Shown here in pieces: positions 32,501-44,930 of a DNA stretch of 64,000 bases (positions are counted from its first letter, which is position 1; each line of letters starts with the position of its first letter). Location of the stretch: contig OZ360226.1 in NCBI GenBank assembly GCA_977017645.1, forward strand, positions 146,754,001-146,818,000, read 5' to 3'. A model generated the notes under the pieces. It was not told where the DNA came from and did not search any database. It was given only the letters and a program-made list of their open reading frames with translations. This stretch comes from Torpedo marmorata (Eukaryota). Position numbers and translations under genes: made by a program.

Positions 32501-33350
32501 TGTGCAGAATGCAAACAGACCGGAGAGAGCCCAACTCATCAAAGCCACTCGCCCCTTCGAACGTCTCAGCATGGACTTCAAGGAGCCCCTCCCGTCCACG
32601 AATCGGAACTCCTACTTCCTGAACATCGTGGACGAGTACTCAAGTTTCCCGTTCGCCATCCCCTGCCCGGATATGACCACATCCACGGTCATTAAAACAC
32701 TCCGCACAGTATTCACTCTGTTCGGATACCCCAGTTACGTTCATAGTGACTGGGGATCTGCCTTCATAAGTGAGGAGTTGCGGCAATACTTCCTTTCAAG
32801 GGACATAGCTACGAGCAGAACCACCAGCTACAACCCCCGCGGGAACGGGAAGGTGGAAAGGGAGAATGGTACGATCTGGAGGGCAGTCCTTTTGGCCCTC
32901 AAGTCGAAAGGAATGTCCGTATCCCAGTGGCAAGAGGTCCTCCCAGAAGCGCTGCATGCCACCAGGTCCCTACTCTTCACGGCCACGAATGCTACGCCCC
33001 ATGAAAAATTGTTCTCCTTCCCTAGGAGGTCGGCGTCGGGAACCACGCTGCCGGTCTGGCTGACGACCCCAGGGCCGGTGCTTCTCCGGAAGCATGTTAG
33101 GACGCATAAGGCGGACCCACTGGTCGAGTAAGTGCATCTTTTGCACGCGAACCCCCAGTATGCGCTGGTCAGGTACCCGGACGACGGGACGATACAGTGT
33201 CCATCTGGGTCCTGGAGCGAGCGGGGGCCCCGGCACAGGAGGTGCACCCGATATCCCCAGTCGGCCCCAGGGATCACTCTGACAAATGAAGTAGGGATCC
33301 CACCCCTAAGATGGCCCCCCAAGTGTCCCCCCCACTTGTGTGTTCCCTGC
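29529..33350 (+). pseudogene. Gypsy gag-pol, multiply frameshifted (C-terminal tail resumes at about 38640-38823)
   Basis: MEKAIRLEKLEIDP..., CNYCGQSKHPRKYCPARSATCSNCQRKGHYGRVC, LFDTGS, SPWRAQ, ESDASD, HSDWG, GKVEREN; tail LRRSQRQIKPPEQLNL* matches the other copies. Confidence 0.9.
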
Positions 33351-33365
33351 ACTTTTTAAAAAAAA

Positions 33366-36300
33366 TAATATTTTATTTAAAATTTTTAAATCACAAAATA
33401 CATAAATTAAAATATGAAATTATCAAAATATTTGTGATACATTTTCACCCCCCTCCCCCCTCCCCAACCCTCCCAACCCCACTAATCTAATAAAAATAAA
33501 AATATAAAATAAAAATAGAAAAAGAAGAAGAAAAAGAAAGAAAAAGATAGAGTAAGGAGAATGCCAATCTAAAAAAAAACATACATCTATAAACTAATTA
33601 TATTATGGAGGTCAAGTATGCCAGTAGATCCGATATCCAGAGATCTTCAAATCCTTAAACCAACAACTTTCATATATGGGCTCCAAATTTTTAAGAAAAA
33701 ATGATACTTGTTACTTAAATTATAAGTAATTTTTTCAAGTGGTATACACGAACGAAGTTCTGCATGCCATCTTTCTAATCCTAAATCTAAATCAGATTTC
33801 CAAGTAATAGCAATACATTTCTTTGAAACAGCTAAAGCAATTCGCAAAAATTCTATTTGATACATGTTTAATTTCATCTTGATACTAAATTTTCTAATAT
33901 CTCCGAACAAAAATATCATAGGATCCATTGGAAATGTAATCTTAAATACTTTATCTAAAAAATTTTTAACTTTCAACCAAAAATCATAAACTTTTGGACA
34001 AAACCATGTAGAATGTACAAAAGAACCTTCCTCTTTATTACATCTAAAACATAAACCTGATAATGTCGGATTAAATTTCTTTAGTTTTTTAGGTGTTAAA
34101 TATAATTGATGAAAAAAATTGTATTGTACTAATCTATATCTAACATTAATAATCTTCGTCATACTTAATTTACATAATTCTTTCCAATGATTTTCATCTA
34201 TTATTACATTCAAATCTAATTCCCATTTTAATCTTGATTTATGAATTCCTACTTTAGGAATTTTCCTCTGAAACAATTTATACATTTGAGAAATAAATTT
34301 ATTGACGTCTCCTTTAGTAACTAATAATTCTAATTCATTCTGTCTTGGTAAAATCAAAGCATAACCTAATTTCTCAATCAGAAAAGCTCTAATTTGATAA
34401 TAAGCAAAAAGTGTATTATCTAATATATTAAATTTATCTTTCATTCTTTAAAAAGTAATAAATTTCCCAGCTTCAAAACAATCATTTATTTTCTTAATTC
34501 CCTTTTGAAACCAAATTTTAAATAATTGATTATTAATAGTAAATGGAATAAGTCCATTTTGATATAAAGGCATCCTTGAAGAAATCAATCCTTTTCCTCT
34601 TATTTCCTTATCCGTCTTATTCCATATTTCTAACAAATGTTTAAGAATAGGAGAATTTTTCTTTCTTGTTGATATTAGTTTAGAATCCCATTTATAAATA
34701 ACTTCTTCTTTGGAATCTTCTCCTATATTATTTTAATCCAAGCAGAAGATTTAGTTGAATCAAAAAATTCATTAACAAATTTTAACTGAGCTGCTTTATA
34801 ATAATTTTGGAAATTAGGAAGTTGTAAATCACCCATTTCATAATTCCAAGTTAATTTTTCCATACCTACTCTTGCTAACTTTCCTTTCCATAAAAATTTT
34901 CTAATAATTGAATTCAAATCTTTAAAAAAATTTTGAGGAATTTCATAAGGAATTGATTGAAAAAGATATTGAATTCTTGGAAAAACATTCATTTTAATAC
35001 AATTTACTCTTCCCATTAAAGTTATAGGTAAATCTTTCCAATTTTCTAAATCTTTCTTTATTTTCACAAATAATGGTAAATAATTTAATTTATATAAATT
35101 AGCCAATTTTGTGTCAACCCTTATTCCCAAATATTTAATTCCTTCCTTTGCCCATTTAAATTGTGTAATTTCTTTACATCTACTATAATCCCCTTGTGAT
35201 AATGCCATAATTTCACTTTTATCAGAATTAATTTTATATCCAGATCTTTCCCCATATTCTCTCAATAACACAGACAATTGTACTAAAGATGTAGTAGATT
35301 TTGTCATATATATCAATACATCATCTGCAAATAAACTAATTTTATGTTCTTCCATTCCAACTTTAATACCAACTATTTTAGGATCTTTTCTAACTAATTC
35401 TGCCAAAGGTTCTATCGCCAAAATAAATAATGCTGGTGACAAAGGACATCCTTGTCTAGTAGATCGAGTCAAAGGAAATTTTGAAGAAATTTGTCCATTT
35501 GTAACTACTTTAGCAGATGGTTCTTTATATATAGTTTTAATCCAATTAATAAATGTACTTCCAAAACCAAATTTCTCCAATACCTTAAATAAAAAATTCC
35601 ACTCTAATCTATCAAAAGCCTTTTCGGCGTCTAAAGTTAAAACTAATGGTAAATCTTCCTTCTATTTATGTAGATTAATTAAACTAATTAATCTAGCTAT
35701 ATTATCTTTTGAATATCTATTTTTAATAAATCCAGCTTGATCTACATTATAATCTACATTTAATAATGAAATAGGTCTATAACCATATAACCATATAACC
35801 ATATAACAATTACAGCACGGAAACAGGCCATTAGGCCCTTCCAGTCCGCACCGAACCAAACATTCCTATCTAGTCCCACCTACCTGCACCCTGCCCATAA
35901 CCCTCCACTTCCTTCTCATCCATATACTTGTCCAACTTTTTCTTAAATAATAAAATTGACTCTGCCGCCACTACTTCTCCCGGAAGCTCATTCCACACCG
36001 CTACCACTCTCTGAGTAAAGAAGTTCCCCCTCATGTTACCTCTAAACCTCTGCCCCTTAATTCTTAGCTCATGTCCTCTTGTTTCAATCTCTCCTGTTCT
36101 TAATGGAAATAGTCTATCCACATCCACTCTGTCTATCCCCTTCATAATTTTAAATACCTCTATCAAATCCCCTCTCAACCTTCTATGCTCCAAAGAATAA
36201 AGACCTAATCTGCTCAATCTCTCCTTGTACTCTAGATTCTTAAACCCAGGCAACATTCTAGTAAACCTTCTCTGCACTCTCTCCACCTTGTTGATATCCT

Positions 36301-38639
36301 TCCTATAATTTGGCGACCAGAACTGCACACAGAACTCTAAATTAGGCCGCACCAAAGCCTTATATAATCTCAACATCACTTCCCAACTCCTATATTCTAT
36401 GCAATGATTGATAAAGGCCAGCATACTAAAAGCCTTCTTCACCACCCTGTTCACATGAGTTTCCACCTTCAGGGAACGATGCACCGTTATTCCTAAATCT
36501 TTCTGCTCTTCTGTATTCATCAATGCTCTCCCATTTACTACATATGTCCTGTTCTGATTCTTCCTACCAAAATGAAGCACCTCACACTTATCAGCATTAA
36601 ACTCCATCTGCCATTTTTCAGCCCACTTTTCTAAGCAGCCCAAATCCCTCTGCAATCCTTGAAAACCTTCTTCATTATCCACTATTCCACCTATCTTAGT
36701 ATCATCTGCATATTTACTAATCCAGTTTACCACCCCATCATCTAGATCATTGATATATATAACGAACAACAACGGGCCCAATACAGATCCCTGAGGCACA
36801 CCGCTGGTCACCGGTCTCCAACCTGACAGACAATTATCCACTACCACTCTCTGGCCTCTCCCTTCCAGCCAATGTTCAATCCATTTGACTATCTCAGAAT
36901 TTATACCTAAAGACTGCACCTTCCTAACTAACCTTCCATGCGGAACCTTATCGAAGGCCTTACTGAAGTCCATATAGACAACATCCACCGCGCTACCCTC
37001 ATCCACATTCCTAGTCACCTCTTCAAAAATTCAATCAGATTGGTCAAACAGGACCTTCCGCTCACAAATCCGTGTTGAGAGTTCCTGATCAGACCCTGTC
37101 TATCCAGATATTTATAAGTACTATCTCTGAGAACTTTCTCCATTAATTTACCTACCACAGACGTCAAACTTACAGGCCGATAATTGCCAGGCTTCCTCCT
37201 TGAACCCTTTTTAAATAGCGGAACCACATGCGCAATACGCCAATCCTCCGGCACTATCCCCATCTCTAATGACATTTGGAAAATCACCGTCAGAGCCTCT
37301 GCTATTTCTTCGCTTACTTCTCTCAAGGGCCTGGGGAAGATCCCGTCGGGTCCCGGAGACTTATCCACCTTTATATGCCTCAAAAGCCCTAACACTACAT
37401 CTTTCGTAATCCCTATATTCTCCATATTTACCCAATTTGCTTTTTTTATCTGGCATATCTCAATATCCTTCTCCTTGGTGAATACCGAAGAAAAGAAACT
37501 GTTCAATATCTCCCCCATTTCTCTAGGCTCCACACACAGTTTTCCGCTCTGATTCTCTAAGGGACCAATTTTGTCCCTCGCTTTCCTTTTACCATTAACG
37601 TATTTGTAAAAACCTTTTGAATTAATTTTCACCCTGCTTGCTATAGTCTCTTCATACCTTCTTTTAGCTTTCCTAATTCCTCTCTTAAGATTCTTTTTAC
37701 ATTCAATGTATTTTTCAAACATCTCCTTTCCATGCTTCTTATACTTAATGTACGCCTCCCTTTTTTTTCGAACCAAGTTTCCAATATTCCTCGAAAAACC
37801 ACGGCTCTCTCAAACCTTTTGCCCCTCCTTTTAACCTAACAGGAACATAAAGCTTTTGCACTCTCAAAATCTGATCTTTAAAAGACTTCCATCTCTCTAC
37901 TACATCCTGCCCATAAAACAAAGATTCAGTTTTCAATACATCTCTATCTTTCTTTGGTATAACTGTAATTATTGCATTTAAGAAAGTATCTGGTAATGAG
38001 TGGGTTTTCGAAATTTGATTCAATACATCCATATATGGAGGTATTAATAAATCTTTAAACTCTTTGTAAAATTCTGATGGAAATCCATCTTCACCTGGAG
38101 ATTTACCACTCTTTAAAGAAGTAAGAACTTCATTAACTTCCCTCATTGAGAAAGGTAAATCTAAAGATTCTCTACTTTGAGTATTCAATTTAGGTAATAT
38201 AATTTTAGATAAAAATCTAGTAATTTTAGAATCATCTTGATCAATCTGAGATTTATATAAATTCAAATAATAATCTTTAAAAGAATCATTTATTTCTCGA
38301 GGTTTATAAGTTATTTCTCTAGAGTTCTTTTTCCTTATAGCATTTATAGTTCTAGAAGTTTGATCTTTTTTTAATTGCCATGCCAAAACTTTATGAGCTC
38401 TTTCCCCTAACTCATAGTATCTTTGTTTAGTTCTTTCAATTAATTTTTCCATTTTATATGTTTGTAATAAATTGTAATGTAATTTCTTCCCAATTAAATT
38501 GTTCCTTTTTTGAACTGATCTGTTTTTTTGTAAATCTTTTTCCAAACACTCAATCTCCTTCTCTAAATTTTCTACTTCCCTAAGATAATCTTTCTTAATT
38601 TTTGCTGAATAACTTATTATTTGTCCTCTTAAATAAGCT
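33366..38639 (-). mobile_element. 5'-truncated L1 (ORF2 pseudogene) inserted in the Gypsy integrase tail
   Basis: ORFs 33647-34444, 34723-35580 and 37745-38671 match L1 ORF2; 3' UTR matches 1190-1450. Confidence 0.93.
35779..37921 (-). mobile_element. 5'-truncated CR1 LINE inserted in the L1
   Basis: RT ORFs 37015-37776 and 35870-37018 (KSPGPDG, MDFSKAFDKV, GVPQGSVLGP, YADD); (TATATGGT)n tail; splits the L1 at KTES/YRPIS. Confidence 0.95.
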
Positions 38640-38885
38640 GTTCCCCCCACTCTTACAAACAAATTCACCACCCCCTATGGACCCGGGACACACTGAAACA
38701 GTTCAGCCCTCCAACAGCCAGCAGGTCGAACACAACACCGCTCAGCTAGTTCCAAAGATACAGCCAGTAGTACTTCGGAGATCTCAGCGCCAAATAAAAC
38801 CACCGGAGCAGCTGAACCTATGAACTGTATGGACATTGCCCTGCTTCACCCCGCCGGACTTCATTAAAAAAAAAGGAGGGGTGAA

Positions 38886-39079
38886 TGTGGTGGAACAACG
38901 GTACTGCGGGCATGTCTGGGCATGTCCTCACTGGCTCACTGGGCTAACCTGTAGCCCCTCCCCATCACATCCCCTAATAAAGGCTGAGAGCCCTAGTCTC
39001 CTCCTTGCTTGGACTTTCAGATTAATAAAGCCTTTGATTACTTTCTTCGTGTCTGTGAGTGGTTATTGATAGCGCTACA
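38886..39079 (+). repeat. 3' LTR of the Gypsy at 29278-39079
   Basis: Matches the 5' LTR apart from a 10-bp duplication and a deletion of about 40 bp. Confidence 0.92.
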
Positions 39080-39835
39080 ATGGCATGATCCGATTAATTT
39101 GAGCAAGGGCATAATAGAATTAACTGGTGCTTTTAAAGTATGTTCTGACAGGCAATATTAGTTCATTAGGCCTTTACTATTACTGCGTCCATCACAATCC
39201 ACTTGCAGGAGTCACTTCCCATTTTATCAGTGAGACTTCAAATGAAGTTGAAACACTGATTCTTACAGGGCATGTCTGCAGCTCTACAGATGAGTGGTCG
39301 ATCATATTGACGCAGACTGGGAAATGTTAAGTCGGGATCAAATTACCTGTTCAGAGGAGTTGACCACTTTGTCTTTGCGTTTTTTAAAAAAAAGAATCTA
39401 CATGTCATGCAAATTTCTCCTTTTTTTAAAAAAAATCCAGGGAAGTGTGAAATTGGTTGCTGAGACTCTCAATGGCCCTGTGGGAATTTGTCTTTCAGGT
39501 TTTAAAACCAAGTCAGTGAGTGAGAAAGCTAATGGTCGATCTGATCATCTCAGGTTTCGGTGGGAGAGTTAGATAAAAAGTGCAGCCACCTTATCAAAAT
39601 TACAATGGTTTGCATCATTTTACAGGTTAGTAGTGGAATAGTAACTGAAAGATGATATGTTTTGCGTCAAATTATTTTTCTACAAGTTGCACTGCATTTT
39701 AAAGCACAAAGAAACATCCAAAATTTTCAATATAATTTCAATATGTGACTTGGTGATGGCACACTGCAATCTCAGAGAATCTTCCTAAAAGCGTCAGAGA
39801 TGGTGTTTGGCAAATCAAAACCTGTAACGGACTTT

Positions 39836-40226
39836 ATTATTAAATATTTTATTTAAAATTTTTAAATCACACAGTACATAGTATAAATGCAAAATTATCA
39901 AAATACATGTGATACATTTTCACGCCCCCCCTCCCTCCCTCCCTCCCCTCCCTAACCCTCCCGAAAAGAAAGAAAGAAAAAGATAGAATAAGGAGAATGT
40001 CAATCTAAAAAAGAACAACCTTTAACTAATTTTATTGTGGAACACAGGTTCGCCAGTCGGATCTGATATCCAGAGATCTTCAAATCCTTAAATCGACAGT
40101 TTTTATATATGGGCTTCATATTTTCAAAAAGAAATTATATTTATTACGTAAATTATAAGTAATTTTTTCAAGTGGTATGCATGAACGAAGTTCTGCATGC
40201 CATCTTTCTAACCCTAAATCTACATC
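39836..40226 (-). mobile_element. Short 5'-truncated L1 with 17-bp TSD
   Basis: DLGLERWHAELRSCIPLEKITY plus 3' UTR; TSD AACCTGTAACGGACTTT at 39819-39835 and 40227-40243. Confidence 0.93.
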
Positions 40227-40312
40227 AACCTGTAACGGACTTTGATGAAATGTTAACTCTGTCTCTCTCCACAGATGCTCTCTGACTTGCTGAATATTTC
40301 CAGTATATTCTA

Positions 40313-41052
40313 CAGGTGCTCCTCCACGTACGAAGGGGTTACGCTCCGGCAAACCCATCGTAAGTCGAAAAAATAGTAAGTCGAAAAAGAATACAGGTAT
40401 ACTTTGTATAGCACCGACAGCGCTGTATCAGTCCCCACACTGATCCCACTGCCCCACTCTCTCCCCACAGCCCTTTATCATTCCCAACACTGATCCCCCT
40501 GTCCTGCTCTCCTCCGACAGCGCTGTATTAGTCCCCACACTGATCCCGCTGCCCAGCTCTCCCCCGACAGCCCTTTATCATTCCCAACACTGATCCCGCT
40601 GCCCCGCTCTCCCCCGACAGTGCTGTATCAGTCCCCACACTGATCCCGCTGCCCCGCTCTCTCCCGACAGCGCTGTATCAGTCCCCACACTGATCCCACT
40701 GCCCCACTCTCTCCCCACAGCCCTTTATCATTCCCAACACTGATCCCACTGCCCAGCTCTCCCCTGACAGTGCTGTATCAGTCCCCACACTGATCCCGCT
40801 GCCCCGCTCTCTCCTGACAGCCCTGTGTCAGTCCCTGCAAGCTTTCTGACTGAACTAAAAGAAATGATTGACCAAGGAGGCTCAAAGAATTCACCTTAGA
40901 GGAATTATCAACGTTTATTGGAAAAATCAACGATGCTTGTGATTACCATACTTTAACGTATTACATGAAAGTAAATAACGACAGTCACGCTATTGTACCA
41001 TCGTAACTTCGAAAAATCGTAAGTCGGACCATCGTAAGTAGGGGAGCACCTG
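40313..41052. mobile_element. Tigger/pogo-like MITE containing a 50-bp minisatellite
   Basis: TIR CAGGTGCTCC / GGAGCACCTG, TA on both sides, subterminal ATCGTAAGTCG repeats. Confidence 0.85.
40417..40836. repeat. 50-bp minisatellite, about 8.4 copies, two variants
   Basis: ACAG-initiated units every 50 bp from 40417. Confidence 0.92.
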
Positions 41053-41239
41053 TATTATTATTTTAAGACTGGCAATATTGGTCTACCAATACCATCACAA
41101 AGCAGAATGTTGCTTAATTTGCAAGATTTCAGATGGCAGAACATAAGACCATATGAAGTAAGAGTAGGCCACGGCCCCTGGAGTTGTTACGCCATTCAAG
41201 AAGATCATAAATTATCTGATTGGAACCTTGACACTGTTT

Positions 41240-41622
41240 CCCTCCAGTAACCTTGTTTTTACTTTGTTCTCCCTCTCTTCCCCATCCCTCTGTCTTCTTT
41301 CCTCCAGCTCTCTAGCCCCTTCCCTCTCCATTCACAGAGCTATCTCCCCCTCCCCCTGTTTGCTGGTGTTCCCTCCCTCCCTTATCCACCTATTACCTCC
41401 TGCTTGTGGGACCGTGCTCCTTCCCCTGTCCTTCCTTCCCCCACCCCCCCACCATTTTGTTTGGGATTCTGCCTGCATTTTGTTCATGCCTTGATGAAGA
41501 GCACAGGCCTGAAACGTTGGTTATGTATCTTTATCTTTGCTGTATAAAGTACAGTGTTTGACCTGCTGAGTTTCTCCAGCATTACTTCAATCATGGTGTC
41601 TGCAGACTTTCGTGTTTTACTA
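41240..41622 (+). repeat. Penelope-associated terminal repeat (similar copies near 49020-49245, 58560-58920 and 59165-59420)
   Basis: Shares TGATGAAG...GAAACGTTGG...GACCTGCTGAGTTTCTCCAGCA with 22834-23105. Confidence 0.6.
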
Positions 41623-41794
41623 CTAACCTTGTTACCTTGCTCATCGAGAATTTTTCTATTCCACCATAAAGTATTCAAAGACTCTACTTTCAACGTTATT
41701 TTCAGGAACAGTGCACCCTTGACTTGATTGGAGTGGGGGTGGGGGGGGGGTAAGAATTCTTCCAGCAGTTTCTGTTTTGCTCTAGATTTCAGTA

Positions 41795-42418
41795 CAGGTA
41801 CAGAATCTTTTATCCAAAACCCTTGGGATCAGACACTTTTCGGAATTTTTCGGATAATAGAATAATAGTAACGGCTGTATGTTAAGTAATTGCGCTGATT
41901 TCAGATTCGCGCAAAACAAAGGCACACTCCAACTAGAAGGGTCTCTGGACACGGGGGGTGGTGGCGGCGGCACTGGATGGGGTGGGGGGGGTGGTGGCGC
42001 TGGACGGGGTGGGGGGTTGGCGACGGCGCTGGACGGGATGGGGGGCGGTTGTAAATGAAGTGAGATAAAAATAGACCATAAAATTACTAGCGTACTTTTT
42101 ATTTTTAAGTAAAACCTACAGTAAAATTTCAAACATAAACCGGCTCAAACTAAGCTAAACACCTGAAAATATACTATACATGCAGTAAAAGCACATTCCA
42201 ACAATGTTATCATCGTTGTTATGGTGACCATCGTCTTCAGGTTGGAGTCTTTTTAAAGACTTCTTCCAGTGTCATCTGTTTCATTAACAGAGGTCGCGTG
42301 GGTCGCATTGGGTTATGTTTGGCGCCAAATGCGAGCTTTGGTGTGCAGACGACATCCATGGAAAAAATGTTCGGTTTTCGGAGGTTTTCAGAATTTCGGA
42401 TAAAAGATTTCGTACCTG
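41795..42418. mobile_element. Tc1/mariner-superfamily MITE
   Basis: TIR CAGGTACAGAATCTTTTATCC / GGATAAAAGATTTCGTACCTG; left TA, right TT. Confidence 0.75.
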
Positions 42419-43900
42419 TTTCTTATGTCTGTGTAATTTTACAGTAGTTGCTAAGATTTAGCTTGGGCGTTTCTTAATTTAATCTGTTTTTTTGATTGTG
42501 TTTTGTTCCTAAAGGTTCCCCAGCCACCTGCAAGGGAAAGAGTAGCTGAGGTAGACTCCCATTGTGTTTATCATGAGGTTATTTTATTGATTCACCATGG
42601 GATGTGACATTGCTGTCAAGGCCATGATTTCCTATCCTGCCACCTTTGGTACCTTTAGTACAAGCTGTTTTGACTGGTAGATAAACGACAATTGCTTGGT
42701 CAAGTCCAGAGGCACAAATAATACAGACCAGATATATATCTGCAATTAACTGGTAGTTTTCATGTCATTTTTATTACAGACTATTTAATTGAATCTGTAA
42801 ATCTAAATTTCACCAAAGCCAACCAGCGTGGTGGGATTTAGTTTCATATCTTTGGATTGCCAGTTAAAGGACTGTCTGGCTTCATAGATCAGAATAATTG
42901 AAGGTCTCTTGCATTTGTTAACAACTTGCAGTTTAGACAAGTGATCAATCACCAGTGATACCTCCACCAAGACAGCACAGTCTTCCAGATGAACTAAGTG
43001 TAAAATTCATGGCAGTTGCTTGAAAATTGTTTTAGTGTATTAAATTACACTGTAAATCCAAAGGAAACATCGGAGTTAAATTGTGCTATCCATTCAAACA
43101 GATTATGAACTCTATGAACATTTCTAACTGCAGACATAAAACTGTACCCGGTTACACTGTGCATGAATAGCGAAATGAATGAGCATAAGAAAATAGGAGT
43201 AGGCCTCATGGCACCACCAGTCTTTCCTGCCATTGAATGTGATCATGGTTGATATGCCACCAGGCCAAAATACAATCTGAGCCATCAGGAGGAAATTTAC
43301 TGGAAAGTACCTCAGTCATTGGCTCTGTGATGAGATTCAAGAAGAGGTAAATATGCAAATAAGTTCTACAGTATGCACTGCAAGCACTCTCCTCTCATTA
43401 ATATAATGAAAATCTCTAGTGAGATTATTCCATGATCTATGCGACTTTCGGAGCTGTCACTTCATATAGTTATTTGTCTGTAAAGCTTTAGAAATTTCTA
43501 ATGCTGTATGCCCACTTGTCCTCTAAGGTAACACTCTATTCTTTCACACAGAATAATGTGTATAAGCATATTGCAGCAGTGTCCCCAAAGAGGTGGAGGG
43601 TGGAAAATGTGCTGTTGTTGAAATCAAAGTTAATCAATGTTGCTACAGGTAACATTGAAGGTACTTCCAATGGTAGACCAAGAGTCTTATACCATTTTTA
43701 CACTGAGGTAACGGAATTTTCCCGTCACCAATATGCATACTTACCCTCCGGAGTGGCCATTTACACAGGATGGAGGTTTACACTGACCTCCGGCGTGTTG
43801 GTGATTCCGGAGGGTGGACGTGGGTCGACGTCGATTCGGACGTTCAGCTACGTCCGACGCACAGCGTCAATACGTCGACGTCAATGAAGTCATTAAAACC

Positions 43901-44210
43901 TGCACAGGCAAAGGAGAGGGGGGGTGCACAGGGAGAGGAGAGAGGGGGTGCACAGGGAAAGGAGAGAGGAGGTGAATGGAAAGGAGAGAGGGGGTGCACA
44001 GGGAAAGGAGAGGGGGGCACAGGGAAAAGAGGGGGGCGCACAGGGAAAGGAGAGAGGGGGTGCACAGGGAAAGGAGAGGGGAGCTCAGGGAAAGGAGGGG
44101 GGGCGCACAGGGAAAGGAGAGGGGGCGCACAGGGAAAGGAGAGGGGGGCACAGGGAAAGGAGAGAGGGGGTGCACAGGGAAAGGAGAGAGGGGGTGGGGA
44201 GGAGAGGGGG
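43901..44210. repeat. Purine-rich minisatellite (GCACAGGGAAAGGAGAGAGGGGGT-like, about 20-24 bp units)
   Basis: About a dozen degenerate CACAGGGAAAGGAGAG units. Confidence 0.9.
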
Positions 44211-44930
44211 CGTTGTGACTGAGGAGGGAACGAGAAGGTGGGTTGAGGGAGCGGGAGGCACGGCAGATTGAATCCCCTGGAGAGAATATAGTCGCCCCGT
44301 GCAGGTTGGCGGCGAAGTCCTGAATGTGGGGTACAGGGTAGCGGTCGGGAGTGGTGGCTTCATTAAGCCTGTGGTAGTCACCGCATGGCCTCCACCCGCC
44401 GAATGCTTTGGGCACCATGTGCTGTGGGCTTGCCCAGGGACTATCGGATTAGCCCTAAGGCCTCCATCCTGCTAAACTCCTCTTTGGCTAGTCGGAGTTT
44501 ATCCGGGGGTAAGCAGCGAGCGCTGGCATGGAGCGGTGGGCCCTGGGTGGTGATGTGGTGCCTGACGCCATGCGTGGGCATATCTGCCGTGAACGTGGTC
44601 GGAAGTCGACGAGAAATCAGCAAGCAAGCGGGTGAAATCGTCCTCTGGCTGCGCTACAGAGCTTAGCTAGGTGGAGTGGTGATTGGATTTTTGCAGGGCA
44701 AAGGATTGGAAGGTCCGTGTGTGGACCAGCCGCTTACCCTGCAGGTCTACCAGTAAGCTGTGTGCCCTGAGGAAGTTGGCCCCTAGGATGGGCATCCAGA
44801 CGCTTGCGAGAGTGAACTCCCACGAGAAATGGCTGTCGCCGAACCGGAGGTATGCCATCCTCGGGCCAAATGTCGGAATGGAGCTGCCGTTGGCGGCCCG
44901 CAGTGCGTGTCCCTGTGACCGGGTCCTGGT

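Larger units (their letters stand above)
29278..39079 (+). mobile_element. Decayed Ty3/Gypsy element (same group as 13449-17958) hosting nested L1 and CR1
   Basis: LTRs 29278-29501 and 38886-39079; TSD CTGGC/ATGGC (4/5); PPT AAAAGGAGGGGTGAA ending at 38885. Confidence 0.93.

Noticed and set aside
33341-33365. TSD for the L1 at 33366-38639
   Set aside because: Flanks TGTTCCCTGCACTTTT and TGTTCCCCCCACTCTT are similar but too mismatched to call with confidence.
40417-40836. Regularly spaced repeats that might suggest a CRISPR array
   Set aside because: Head-to-tail minisatellite without unique spacers, inside a MITE, no cas genes, eukaryotic context.
43770-44271. Several overlapping Gly/Arg- or Pro-rich ORFs
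   Set aside because: Produced by a stop-free minisatellite.
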